A stretch of 64,000 nucleotides of DNA from a bacterium (GCA_046331705.1 JAXLQJ010000001.1:248001-312000); one strand, 5' to 3'; numbered from the stretch's first letter, positions 1 to 9,564 are shown. Made by a program: numbers and translations. The notes: generated by a model from the letters alone, not told the origin.

Positions 1-1245
1 GCCCGTGAAGAGCGAGATCGCGCGCGCCTTGCGGAACGCGATCACGTCGTCGGGCGCGGTGCGCGAGCGCAGGAACGCGAACAGCTCGCGGGCACTGGCC
101 GTCGAGACGCCGCTCGTGAGCGGACCGAAATCGAGGGTGGTGTAGCGCGCGCCGTAGCTCGCGAGCGCCGCGGCCACGAAGAGCGCCGGCAGCGCGCGAT
201 GCGCCCGCTCCAACGCGACCAGCGCGTAGGCGAACAGCAGCGGCAGGATCGGTAGCAGGAATCTCGTGCCTTGCTCGCTCGGCCACGCCAGCACGATCCC
301 CAGATAAGGCACCAGGAACGCCTCCGCGATCGAGACTCCACGGCGCACGCGCGCGGCCCAGCCGACGAACGCCAGCACGATCGTGAGCCCGGTCAAGGCC
401 GCTCGCGGGACGAGCCAGTAGCCGTTCGCCCACACCACGGAGAGCGCCCGCGCGTACACGTCGAGGTTTCGCACCACGATCATCGGATCGTTGCGAAGCT
501 GATCGGTGTAGCTCGCCTCGGGCGGCAGGATGCGCGACTGGATCGCGAATCCCACGCCGTACACCACCGCGGCGATCACCAGCGAGCGCGTGATGCGCCG
601 CTCTCGCACCAGCTCGGCGAGCGCGAGCGCCGCCATCAGCGTGATGCCGACCGTGCGTGTCGCGGTGGCGACGAAGGCCGCGAGCCCCACGGCGGCCGCC
701 GTCGCTGCCCGCGCTCGCGCGCTTGCATCGGGACGCTCGAGCCGCTGGGCCAGCGCCAGCGTCGCGTACACGAACGCGAGGAAGGGAAGGTCCGAGAGGA
801 CTTGGTCCTTGAAATCCCAGAGCCACGGATTGAAGCCCAAGAGCCCGACGGCGGCGTAGCGGATCCGCGGCGATGCGATCGGGCGCAGCGTGCGCTCGAT
901 CAACACGAGCGCCACCAGCAGGAACGCGATGCACTCGATCTTCATCGCGGTGAGGTTGAGCTCCGGCCAGGTGGCCGCCACGACTGGCGTCAGCAGCAGC
1001 GGGAAGACCGGCGGGTAGGCGCGTGGTCCGGTCGCCGCGGTGGCCGGGTTGTAGACGTAGCCGGTCGCCGCGTACGGGCGGCCCTCGACCAGATTGCGCG
1101 CGTGCTGGACGTACTGCGCGAAGTCGGCGCCCCAGTCGTGGCCGTCGCGGATGGTCGCGAGCTGGAACGCGCCGATCGCGAGAATCAGCACCGGGAGCGC
1201 GAGACGCGCGATCGGGAGCGGGTGCCGGGACGCGCGCGGTTGCAC
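1..1245 (-). CDS. GT-C fold integral membrane glycosyltransferase (ArnT/PMT-like), 3' end runs off the window
   Basis: Not in the ORF track. Manual translation from GTG at 1245: MQPRASRHPLPIARLALPVLILAIGAFQLATIRDGHDWGADFAQYVQHARNL...YPPVFPLLL; TM helix then D-x-x-x-Y loop and YPP motif; in frame to DDVIAFRKARAISLFTG at position 1. Confidence 0.7.
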   Translation of the reverse strand, partial: MQPRASRHPLPIARLALPVLILAIGAFQLATIRDGHDWGADFAQYVQHARNLVEGRPYAATGYVYNPATAATGPRAYPPVFPLLLTPVVAATWPELNLTAMKIECIAFLLVALVLIERTLRPIASPRIRYAAVGLLGFNPWLWDFKDQVLSDLPFLAFVYATLALAQRLERPDASARARAATAAAVGLAAFVATATRTVGITLMAALALAELVRERRITRSLVIAAVVYGVGFAIQSRILPPEASYTDQLRNDPMIVVRNLDVYARALSVVWANGYWLVPRAALTGLTIVLAFVGWAARVRRGVSIAEAFLVPYLGIVLAWPSEQGTRFLLPILPLLFAYALVALERAHRALPALFVAAALASYGARYTTLDFGPLTSGVSTASARELFAFLRSRTAPDDVIAFRKARAISLFTG

Positions 1246-1316
1246 TGGCTCAGACCGGATTCGATACGGGTGGCGGGTCGCGCGCGCGGGCTCGGCTGCG
1301 AGCGCGGCTGCCCGCG

Positions 1317-3173
1317 TCACGGCCCGATGCGAAAGACCAGCAGGTCGCGCAAGATGGGCGTGTCGAGCGGCTCTCCGCCTACCTGCGTGGCATCGAAGAA
1401 CCAGCCGGTCACGAACGCGAAGCCGCGCGGATCGAGCGCCACGGCGATCCCGAGGTCCTCGCCCGCGCCACCGAACGAGCGCGCCCAGCGCGTCGCGCCG
1501 TCCGCGCCCGCCAGACGGGTCACGAAGATGTCCTTGTCGCCCGCGCTCACCAGCGGGCCGCCGCCGAAATCGACGCTGCCGCTGAAGAAGCCCGTCACGA
1601 CCACGTCGCCGTCGGCGCGGGCCGCCACGCCGAGACCTTGATCCGAGCCGGCGGCGCCCAGGCTCCGCGCCCACAGCGGATTGCCGGTCGCGCCGTCGAG
1701 CTTCGCCACCAGCACGTCCTCGTCCCCTGCGCTGGAGAGGCGCGCGTTGCCGAGATCGTCGGTGCCGTGGAAGTAGCCCGTGAGCGCCACGTGGCCGTCG
1801 GGAGTTCCCACGACGCTGAGGCCCTGATCGACGTCGCTCGAGCCGAAGCCGAGCGCCCAGAGGGCGTGCCCGTCTTCCAGTCCGAGCTTCGCGACGAACA
1901 GGTCCTGACCACCGTGGCTGCGAAGCTGCGTCGAGCCGAAGCGCGGATCGTGGGTGAAGAAGCCCGTGATCAGCAGATTGCCGACGGTATCGCTCGCGAC
2001 CTCCAATCCCTGGTCGTCGTCGTCGGCGCCGAAGTTCCGCGCCCACAGCGGTGCGCCGTCGCGCTCCGCGAGCTTCATCACCAGCACGTCACGGTTGCCG
2101 TTGCCCTGAAGCTTGGCGCCGCCCACCCGCAGCTCGCCGAGGAAGAATCCCGTCACGACCGGCTGCCCGTCCTTGGCAACGGTGATCCCCATGCCCTGGT
2201 CGGATTGGTTGGTGCCGAACGCGCGCGCCCACAGCACCTGCCCGCTCTCTCCCGCGAGCTTGAGCACGAACACGTCGCGCGCGCCGTTGCTCGCGAGCGT
2301 GGTTGCGCCGAACGCGACGTGATCCTGGAAGTAGCCGGTGACGTAGACGTCGCCCGCTTCGTCCACCGCCGCGGCGAGCCCACGCTCGTCGCTCGGGCCA
2401 CCGAAGGACGTGGACCAGAGGTGCTGACCGTCGCTGCCGCGGTACTTGGCGACGACGACGTCGTCGCCGCCGTGATTGGTGAGCAGCCCGCCGCCGAAAT
2501 CCGCCTGCGACGAGTCGAAGTAGCCGGTGGTCACCACGTTGCCCTCGCCGTCGACGGCGCCGCCGAACCCGCGATCGGTGGTCTCGCGACCGAAGCGGCG
2601 CGTCCAGACCAGACCGCCCGGCGAGACGAAGCGCGCATGCACGGTGCGCGGCTCGTCGACGGCGAGGGTGCAGCTCGCCTCGGAGCTCGCGCAATCCCCG
2701 GTGAAGCCCGCGAAAGTCGAGCCGGCTGCCGCGGCCGCGACGAGCTCGACCGTGCTGCCGGGTTTCACGAACACCGAGCAATCGTCGGAGCACGGCGCGC
2801 CGCCCGGTGTCGCGGTGATCGCGCCGCTGCCGTCCCCGTCGAAGCGCACCGCGAGCTCGGTCGCCGCGCGGAACGTGGCGGTCACGGCGAGGTCGTTGCT
2901 CGCCGTGAGCGTGCAGCGCGGATCCGCGCCGCTGCACGCACCCGACCAGCCGGCGAAGTACTGGCCCGTCGCGGGGCTCGCTTCCAGGACGACCGTGGCA
3001 CGCGGATCGAACGAGCCCTCGCAGACGTCCCCGCAATCGATGCCAGGCGGATTGGAAACGACCGTTCCCGCGCCATCGCGCGTCACCGAAAGCCGTGGGC
3101 GATCCGATCCGCTGCCGCCACACCCGAACGCCACGAACGTCAAGAAGACGAGGACCGTCCGGCTCAACTCCAT
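1317..3173 (-). CDS. Lipoprotein with two Cys-containing InlB-B-like repeats and a 7-repeat SBBP-type beta-propeller
   Basis: Start MELSRTVLVFLTFVAFGC (lipobox). Two repeats of the type G-T-V-x-S-x-P-x-G-I-x-C...F-A-G-W-S-G-A-C. Seven W-x-x-x-F-G...D-x-G...V-x-G-(Y/F)-F repeats. Confidence 0.8.
   Translation of the reverse strand: MELSRTVLVFLTFVAFGCGGSGSDRPRLSVTRDGAGTVVSNPPGIDCGDVCEGSFDPRATVVLEASPATGQYFAGWSGACSGADPRCTLTASNDLAVTATFRAATELAVRFDGDGSGAITATPGGAPCSDDCSVFVKPGSTVELVAAAAAGSTFAGFTGDCASSEASCTLAVDEPRTVHARFVSPGGLVWTRRFGRETTDRGFGGAVDGEGNVVTTGYFDSSQADFGGGLLTNHGGDDVVVAKYRGSDGQHLWSTSFGGPSDERGLAAAVDEAGDVYVTGYFQDHVAFGATTLASNGARDVFVLKLAGESGQVLWARAFGTNQSDQGMGITVAKDGQPVVTGFFLGELRVGGAKLQGNGNRDVLVMKLAERDGAPLWARNFGADDDDQGLEVASDTVGNLLITGFFTHDPRFGSTQLRSHGGQDLFVAKLGLEDGHALWALGFGSSDVDQGLSVVGTPDGHVALTGYFHGTDDLGNARLSSAGDEDVLVAKLDGATGNPLWARSLGAAGSDQGLGVAARADGDVVVTGFFSGSVDFGGGPLVSAGDKDIFVTRLAGADGATRWARSFGGAGEDLGIAVALDPRGFAFVTGWFFDATQVGGEPLDTPILRDLLVFRIGP
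1320..2610 (-). repeat. Seven intragenic repeats of about 60-63 codons (propeller blades)
   Basis: WTRRFG, WSTSFG, WARAFG, WARNFG, WALGFG, WARSLG, WARSFG, each followed by D/E-x-G and TG(Y/F/W)F. Confidence 0.8.
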
Positions 3174-3338
3174 GACGGGCGCCGGCGCGGGTCGCCGCAC
3201 CGCGTGCGCTCGCGGCCATTGCTGGAACGTGCTGGAAGCGTTGGGCATCTCGGTGCGTCTCGCAGGCTGTTTGGGTGGAGTGGCGCCGCTTCTCCACTCG
3301 CACATTTGGCGCGATCCAGCAACAGCCTCTCGACCTTT

Positions 3339-3354
3339 AGCAACCCGAATGCCA
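3339..3354 (-). promoter_or_regulatory. Putative sigma54 -24/-12 promoter
   Basis: Minus strand TGGCATTCGGGTTGCT matches TGGCAC-N5-TTGCW with exact GG/GC spacing, about 165 nt upstream of the lipoprotein start. Confidence 0.6.
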
Positions 3355-3450
3355 CGGCCGGCACGAGGCCGCTGCGTGCGCCTGGGGCACCGGTGGAACC
3401 CCGGGTAAGCTCGCGGACGCCGCGCGAGAACGGCGGCAGGGGACCGATGC

Positions 3451-4920
3451 GTGATTGGTGAGTGGATCCAAGGCCACGTCGGCGTCACGCTGGCGATCAC
3501 CATCGGGGGCTATCTCATCACCGCGGTCTACGTGCCGCGGGTGCTGCTCCGGAAGAGCGAGCCGGGCGCCACGCTCGCTTGGCTCATCGTCATCCTGCTC
3601 TTCCCGTACGCGGGACTGCTGCTCTACACGCTGCTCGGCTCGAGCCGCATCCAGCGGCGGCGCGCGGCGCGCCGCGAGTCGGACGAACGGATCGAGCGCG
3701 AGCTGGCCGTGCTGCTCGAGCCCACCGCGACCGAATCGGAACCGTGCGCCCCCGAGCCGTGGATGGACGCGAACCTGTTCCGCGTGGCGCGCAATCTCGG
3801 CCTGGGTCGGGGCACCGCCGGCAACGAGGTGATCCTGCACGCCGACGGACCGCAAGCGTTCGCGGCGATGCTCACGGCAATCCAGGGCGCGCGCCATCAC
3901 GTGCACGTCGAGTTCTTCATCTTCCGCCACGACCGCACCGGCCAGCGCGTGCTCGATGCGTTGGTCGCCGCCGCGCGCCGCGGCGTCGAGGTCCGCTTGC
4001 TGGTGGACGCCGTGGGCCTCGCGATGACGCGCACGCGCACGTCGTTCTTCCGACCGCTGCGCGACGCGGGCGGCGAGTTCGTGCGCTTCTTGCCCTTGGG
4101 CTGGGTGCGCGGATGGTCGTTCTTCAATCTGCGCAATCATCGCAAGCTCCTGGTCATCGACGGCGAGACCGCCTTCACGGGCGGCATGAACGTGGGCGAC
4201 GAGTACGCCGGGCGCCGGCGCCGCTTCACCCGGCCCTGGCGCGACACGATGGTGCGGATCCGGGGACCCGCGGCCCGCGCGCTGCAGGCGGTGTTCGCGC
4301 GCGATTGGTATTTCGCCATCGAGAAGAACCTGGCGGAGCCGCGCTACTTCCCGGATCCCGGAAGCGCCGGCAACGACATCGTGCAGGTGGTGCAGAGCGG
4401 TCCCGACGATTCGCTGCTGCGACTCCACCGTCACACGCTGGCGCTGATCCAGGTGGCGCGGGAGCGGCTCTACATCCTGACGCCCTATTTCATCCCGGAC
4501 CTGGCGCTCGCGAGCGCGCTGGCGCTCGCCGCGCTGCGGGGCGTGGACGTGCGCATCATGCTGCCGCGCCGCTCCAACCATCTCTTGGTGAAGTGGGCGG
4601 GCCGCAGCTTCTACGAAGAGCTGCTCGAGACCGGCGTGGTGATCCACGAGTTCGACGAAGGCATGCTGCACGCGAAGGCGATCGTGGTGGACGGGATCGT
4701 GACCAGCGTCGGCAGCGCGAACATGGACATCCGTAGCTTCCGGCTCAACTTCGAGCTCAACACGTTCGTCTACGGAGCGGCCTTCGCCGCGCAGATCGAG
4801 GAGGTCTTCGTGCGCAACGCGCTCGCGTCGCGGCGCGTCGATCCCGCCGAGTTCGCGCGACGCTCGGTGTGGCTACGCTTCGCCGAGACCACGGCGCGAG
4901 TGCTCTCGCCGGTGCTGTGA
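3451..4920 (+). CDS. cls: Cardiolipin synthase
   Basis: N-terminal TM/PLDc_N region; two HKD motifs (RNHRKLLVIDG, LHAKAIVVDG); GSANMDIRSF. Confidence 0.92.
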   Translation: MIGEWIQGHVGVTLAITIGGYLITAVYVPRVLLRKSEPGATLAWLIVILLFPYAGLLLYTLLGSSRIQRRRAARRESDERIERELAVLLEPTATESEPCAPEPWMDANLFRVARNLGLGRGTAGNEVILHADGPQAFAAMLTAIQGARHHVHVEFFIFRHDRTGQRVLDALVAAARRGVEVRLLVDAVGLAMTRTRTSFFRPLRDAGGEFVRFLPLGWVRGWSFFNLRNHRKLLVIDGETAFTGGMNVGDEYAGRRRRFTRPWRDTMVRIRGPAARALQAVFARDWYFAIEKNLAEPRYFPDPGSAGNDIVQVVQSGPDDSLLRLHRHTLALIQVARERLYILTPYFIPDLALASALALAALRGVDVRIMLPRRSNHLLVKWAGRSFYEELLETGVVIHEFDEGMLHAKAIVVDGIVTSVGSANMDIRSFRLNFELNTFVYGAAFAAQIEEVFVRNALASRRVDPAEFARRSVWLRFAETTARVLSPVL

Positions 4921-4947
4921 GCGCGCGCCCCCACGCGGACCCTCCTC

Positions 4948-5658
4948 GTGCACGACTCCCCGCCCCCGTCGCCGCCGGTCACGGCGATCCTCGCGGCGCG
5001 GAACGAGTCCGCCACGATCGCCGACGTGATCCGGGCCACGCGCGCGGTGCTGCCGCCAGGCAGCGAGATCCTGGTGGTGGACGATGGTTCGCGCGACGCG
5101 ACGGCGGCGCTCGCGGAGGAAGAAGGCGCCCGGGTGATCCGGAGAACGGGCGGCGCGCACGGCAAGGGGTTGGCCTTGCGCGACGGTCTGGCCGCGGCGC
5201 ACGGAGACGTGCTGGTCTTCCTCGACGCCGACGGCCAGGATCCTCCCGACGATCTGCCGCGTTTGCTGGCGGCGCTCACGCCCGAGGTCGATCTCGTCAA
5301 CGGCTCGAAGTTCCTCGGCACCTGCCTGCCCGGAGCGCTGAGCCCCCTCAACCGGGTCGGCAATCGCTTCATGAGCGGGCTCGTGAATCTTCTCTTCGGC
5401 CTCGCCATCACGGATTCTCAGTCCGGCTTTCGCGCCGCGCGCCGTCGGCGTGTGGCCGCGCTGCCGCTCGTGGCGCGCGAATACGAGATCGAGACCGAGA
5501 TGCTGTTGCGTGCCGCGCTGGCGGGATTGCGGATCGTCGAGGTGCCGGTGACGCGGGATCGTCGTCGAGCGGGCCGCTCGGGATTTCGACGCGTCCGCAA
5601 CGGCCTGCGCATCCTGGCGTGGATCGTCGCGTTGCGCGTCGGAGGTCTCGGGCGATGA
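4948..5658 (+). CDS. Glycosyltransferase family 2 (polyprenol-phosphate sugar synthase-like)
   Basis: ILVVDDGSRD, GKG, FLDADGQD, DSQSGFRA, YEIETEM. Confidence 0.88.
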   Translation: MHDSPPPSPPVTAILAARNESATIADVIRATRAVLPPGSEILVVDDGSRDATAALAEEEGARVIRRTGGAHGKGLALRDGLAAAHGDVLVFLDADGQDPPDDLPRLLAALTPEVDLVNGSKFLGTCLPGALSPLNRVGNRFMSGLVNLLFGLAITDSQSGFRAARRRRVAALPLVAREYEIETEMLLRAALAGLRIVEVPVTRDRRRAGRSGFRRVRNGLRILAWIVALRVGGLGR

Positions 5659-6293
5659 GCGAAACGGCGGTGGCTCTCACCGATTACGCGCTGGTGGCCG
5701 AGTCGAGCGCCCTCGCCGTCTGGCTGGCGCGAGTCGCCCCGCCTTCCCGCGAGCGCTCGCTGTGGCTCGGCTTCTACGCGGCGACCGCCGTCGCGGCGCT
5801 CACCGGCGGCACCGTGCACGGATTCTTCACCGCGGCGCCGAGCTTGATCGGCTCGGCCCTCTGGATCGTGACGATGCTCGCCATCGGCGTCACAGGCGTC
5901 ACGGTGCTGGCCTTGGCGGGCGAGATCGGCTGGCCGGGACCGGTGGCCCGCAAGCTCGCGCTCCTCGGCCTCGTCGAGCTGGTCGGGTACGCGGCGGTCG
6001 TGATCGGCGTGACGCAGGCGTATTGGCTGGCGCTCGCGCAATACGCACCGTTCGGCGCGCTCTGGTTGGCGGTGCTGGCGCGCGCGTGGTGGCGCCGTCG
6101 CGAGCGCGCCGATCTGCTCGGGCTGATCGGGCTGGCGCTCAGCTTCGTCGCCGCGGGTGTCCAGTTCTTCGGCGTCGCGATCCCCGCCGTCGGCCTCGAT
6201 CACAACAGCCTCTACCACGTGATCCAGGCCGCCGGTCTATGGCTGCTCTTCCGGTGTGCCGTGGGACGGCTGGTTCCGTCCCGAGGAGCGTGA
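5655..6293 (+). CDS. Multi-pass membrane protein (DUF6962-like)
   Basis: ATG at 5655 overlaps the GT2 stop; MSETAVALTDYAL...GGTVHGFF...DHNSLYHVIQ; about 7 hydrophobic segments. Confidence 0.65.
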   Translation: MSETAVALTDYALVAESSALAVWLARVAPPSRERSLWLGFYAATAVAALTGGTVHGFFTAAPSLIGSALWIVTMLAIGVTGVTVLALAGEIGWPGPVARKLALLGLVELVGYAAVVIGVTQAYWLALAQYAPFGALWLAVLARAWWRRRERADLLGLIGLALSFVAAGVQFFGVAIPAVGLDHNSLYHVIQAAGLWLLFRCAVGRLVPSRGA

Positions 6294-6294
6294 C

Positions 6295-7419
6295 GTGCGC
6301 TTGATCGCGACCACCGCGCCTGGGCTCGAATCGCTGCTCGCCGACGAGCTGCGCGAGCTCGATCTGGAAAACCTCGAGCCCGGCCCCGGTGCGGTGGCCT
6401 TCGAGGGCGAGTGGGACGTGGCTGCGCGGGTGCTGGTGCGCTCGCGGATCGCGTCGCGGCTCTTGCTCTCGATCCGCCGCTTCGCCGCGCGCAGCGAAGC
6501 GATGCTCTACGACCAGACCCGGCGCGTGCCATGGCCCGATCACCTGCGCGACGGCGTGACGATCGCCGTGTTCGCCCACGGCTCCACCGCCGGCACCAGC
6601 TATCCGCTCCAGTTCGCGGCGCTCAAGATCAAGGACGCGATCTGCGACGAGATGCGCAAGCTCACGGGCGCGCGCCCCGACGTGAACCGCACCCGTCCCG
6701 ACGTGCGCATCGAGGCGCTCTTCGCCGGGCGCCGCGCCGAGCTCTCGATCGATCTCGCGGGCGAGCCGCTGCACCGCCGCGGGTGGCGGCTCGCCGGCGG
6801 CGAGGCGCCGCTTCGGGAGAACCGCGCGGCGGCGCTGGTGCGGCTCGCGGCGCCCACCGAGGGACGCACGTTCGTGGACCCCTTCTGCGGCAGCGGCACC
6901 ATCGCGATCGAGGCGGCGCTGGTCGCCACGCGCCGCGCGCCGGCGCTCGATCGGGCCCTCGACTCGTTCGCGTGCGCGCGGCTCTTCCCGGAATCGCGCG
7001 CGGCCATCGCCGCGGAGCAAGCGCGTGCCGCGACCGAGGTTCTCGCGACACCGCTCTTCCCGATTCGCGCCACCGACCTCGACGAAGAGGCGCTCGCGGC
7101 GGCGCGCGACAACGCGGCGCGCGCCAAGGTCGCGCACGCGATCGAGATCGGGCGCGCCGACGCGCGCGAGCTCGCCATCGCGGACGCGCTCATCGTGACC
7201 AATCCTCCCTACGGCGAGCGGGTCGCGACCGTCGCCGAAGCCATGGCGCTCATCACCGCCTTCACGCGCCAGCTCAAGCACCACGCCAAGGGCTCGCGGC
7301 TCGCGCTGGTGCTGCCGCAGGGGCCGCTCGAGACGAGCGTCGGCCTCAAGCCCGCGCGGCGCCTCGCGTTCTCGAACGGCCCGATTCCGTCGCGCTTGCT
7401 CGTCTACGAGCTCTACTGA
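6295..7419 (+). CDS. THUMP-domain SAM-dependent RNA methyltransferase (RlmL-like)
   Basis: ATTAPGLE, LHRRGWR, APLRENRAA, DPFCGSGTIAIEAA, TNPPYGER. Confidence 0.88.
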   Translation: MRLIATTAPGLESLLADELRELDLENLEPGPGAVAFEGEWDVAARVLVRSRIASRLLLSIRRFAARSEAMLYDQTRRVPWPDHLRDGVTIAVFAHGSTAGTSYPLQFAALKIKDAICDEMRKLTGARPDVNRTRPDVRIEALFAGRRAELSIDLAGEPLHRRGWRLAGGEAPLRENRAAALVRLAAPTEGRTFVDPFCGSGTIAIEAALVATRRAPALDRALDSFACARLFPESRAAIAAEQARAATEVLATPLFPIRATDLDEEALAAARDNAARAKVAHAIEIGRADARELAIADALIVTNPPYGERVATVAEAMALITAFTRQLKHHAKGSRLALVLPQGPLETSVGLKPARRLAFSNGPIPSRLLVYELY

Positions 7420-7490
7420 TCGCGCGCACCGAGCGAGATCCTCGCGCCGCCGGCGCGCGGCGAATCGCCGTGGGTGCTGCGGGTGGCCGC

Positions 7491-8087
7491 TCAGCCCGAT
7501 GCGCGGGCGTTGGCCATTCGCTCGACGCGGTCGAGGATGCGCGGCGCCTCGCTCCGCAGCACGTACCGAACCAGAAACCCAGGAGCGTCGAAGCGCGGCT
7601 TCAGTGTTGCCTGGTAGGCCACTTCCGTCTTGCCCGGGTCCTCGCCAGTGCGGAACGTCCACGCGCCGGAAAGCTCGCCCAGATCGCCATCCAGCGTGGA
7701 GAACGTGACTCGGGAATGCCCGTCCTGGACGAAGCGGCGCGTGATGTCCAGGTCGCCCGCCATGACCAGGTGGTACTTGAAGCGCACGTCCACGACTCCG
7801 TCCTCGCGCCGCAGCACCTCGGCGGAGAAGATGTCGGGGATCATGTCCGCGTAGCGCTCGTAGTCGGTCACGACGCGGAAGACGTCTTCCACGGGTGCGT
7901 CCAGAACCTGGCGAACCTCGATCGAGCGGCCCGAGGGGGCCAACACCTCGCGGCGGCCGTTGTCCGGGGTCTCGCGCGCGCCGACGCCGAACGTCCCGCC
8001 GGGGCCCGCCCAGAGCCCGCCCAGAGCGACGAGCGCCAGCGCTCGACGCGCCCAGCGCTGCCTTGCTGCGTCACGTCCCGCGATCAT
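7491..8087 (-). CDS. Secreted SRPBCC/START (polyketide cyclase/Coq10-like) protein
   Basis: Signal-like N-terminus; APVEDVFRVVTDYERYADMIP; GDLGELSGAWTF. Confidence 0.75.
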   Translation of the reverse strand: MIAGRDAARQRWARRALALVALGGLWAGPGGTFGVGARETPDNGRREVLAPSGRSIEVRQVLDAPVEDVFRVVTDYERYADMIPDIFSAEVLRREDGVVDVRFKYHLVMAGDLDITRRFVQDGHSRVTFSTLDGDLGELSGAWTFRTGEDPGKTEVAYQATLKPRFDAPGFLVRYVLRSEAPRILDRVERMANARASG

Positions 8088-8102
8088 CGCCTGCCCTCCG
8101 CC

Positions 8103-8903
8103 TCAACTCTCGAGGCTGCGCTCGGGCTCCTGGGTGGTCGCCAGTGACTCGAACCCACCGGGGAGCTTGGCGTCGATCTCCACACGAAGATCTTCGTAGG
8201 CCTGTGAGACTCGCTCGACGTACATGCGAGGGACCGCCCCCCCGCCGCTGAGGGCACGGCTGATGGCGGCCGGACCGCGGTTGTAGGCCGCCAGAGCATG
8301 CTCCAGGTCGTCGAATTGGTCCAGTAGTTCGGCCAGATAGAGCGTGCCCAAGCGGACGTTGGTCTCGGGCTCCAGCAGCTGAGCCGAGCCACGCCACGCG
8401 AGGCCGCGCTCCGCGGCGACCTCCTTGGCCGTCGCCGGGCGCACCTGCAATAACCCCAAGGCGCCGGCCGCGCTGCGCGCACGCGACTGATAGCCGCTCT
8501 CGACCTCGATCAGCGCCACGATGAGCAGCGGATCGAGATCGTGCTTGCGCGCCGTCGCGACCAGGGTCTCGCCGACGCGGCGCGGACGCGGCACGCCCTC
8601 CTCGGCGAGTCGAGCGGAGATCATGTCGCGGATCAGCGCGGGCGAGGCCTGCGCCGGCCAGCCGGCCACGCCGCGCCCCGGCGCCTCACACCAGGGTTCG
8701 AGCTCGACGGGCGGCAATCGATATTCGAGGGCGACCGGCATCTCCGCCCCCCAGACCGCCCCACGATACTGGGACGCGAGCACTGGACCCGTCGCACCCG
8801 CGAGAACTCCCGCCAGCACCAGCGCGACGGCGCGGCTCTCGCCGCCCGCAGCGCAACACCACAGCGCGCGCCGGGTCCTCGGACGGGTTCCGTGTGTGAA
8901 CAT
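8103..8903 (-). CDS. Lytic transglycosylase (SLT domain)
   Basis: LDPLLIVALIEVESG (catalytic Glu), SAAGALGLLQV, NVRLGTLYL, ALAAYNRG. Confidence 0.9.
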   Translation of the reverse strand: MFTHGTRPRTRRALWCCAAGGESRAVALVLAGVLAGATGPVLASQYRGAVWGAEMPVALEYRLPPVELEPWCEAPGRGVAGWPAQASPALIRDMISARLAEEGVPRPRRVGETLVATARKHDLDPLLIVALIEVESGYQSRARSAAGALGLLQVRPATAKEVAAERGLAWRGSAQLLEPETNVRLGTLYLAELLDQFDDLEHALAAYNRGPAAISRALSGGGAVPRMYVERVSQAYEDLRVEIDAKLPGGFESLATTQEPERSLES

Positions 8904-9177
8904 GGCCAAGCACTGCTGCCGCCGGGCGCGGCGAGGGGAAGGCAGGGGATCCGGCGGGCGGGGTCACCCGGTGGGCTCGGGGGTGACCGACTGAGGCACG
9001 CGGCCCGACGTGTGCGTACGCGACGTCGGGCGCTGGCCGCCGGCTGCCTCGACTGGGCTCGTGGGAACGAGCTCAGTCGGCGCAGCCCGAATCAGGCCGG
9101 TTCCCGGTGGGGGCCGGGAACCCACCCCCACGGATCCAGGCCGGAACCCGGACCCGTGGGAGCGGAGAGAGCGAAAA

Positions 9178-9564
9178 TCAGGCGCGGGCGCGCCGACGCG
9201 CCGGCGCTTGCACCTTGCGCGTCTTCTGCAGCGCGTTCACGCGGCGGGCGAGCTCGCTGAGCCGATCGTCGAGCTGCTCGATCTGCGAACGGGTCGGGAT
9301 GTTCAGGATGCCGAGGGTGCGATCGATACCCTCGTCCACGCGGCGCTCGATCTCCTCGCGGGTGCGGCGCGCGAACACCAAGAGCTCGTCGACGGCCTTC
9401 TTCTGGCTCTCGGGGATGCGGCTCTCCACTTCCTCGACGAATCGACGTGCGATCCGCTGGCTTTCCTCTTCGACGCGCGCGAAACGATCTCGCACGTTGC
9501 TGATGCCGTCCTTGACGATGTCGGTCACCACCACTGCGCTCGCGGCCTCTGCTTTCCGTGCCAT
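9178..9564 (-). CDS. Phasin-family (PHA granule-associated, PhaI/PhaF-like) protein
   Basis: GGAGG RBS before ATG at 9564; coiled coil followed by LNIPTRSQIEQLDDRLSELARRV. Confidence 0.7.
   Translation of the reverse strand: MARKAEAASAVVVTDIVKDGISNVRDRFARVEEESQRIARRFVEEVESRIPESQKKAVDELLVFARRTREEIERRVDEGIDRTLGILNIPTRSQIEQLDDRLSELARRVNALQKTRKVQAPARRRARA

Noticed and set aside
3264..3328. AGGCTGTT/AACAGCCT as ends of an IS-derived MITE
   Set aside because: Only 8 bp, no target duplication, no second copy or transposase seen; kept as a leader stem instead
8962..9160. CRISPR, REP array, or known c-di-AMP / c-di-GMP riboswitch
   Set aside because: Hairpins share no repeated sequence, there are no cas genes, and riboswitch consensus motifs were not found by eye
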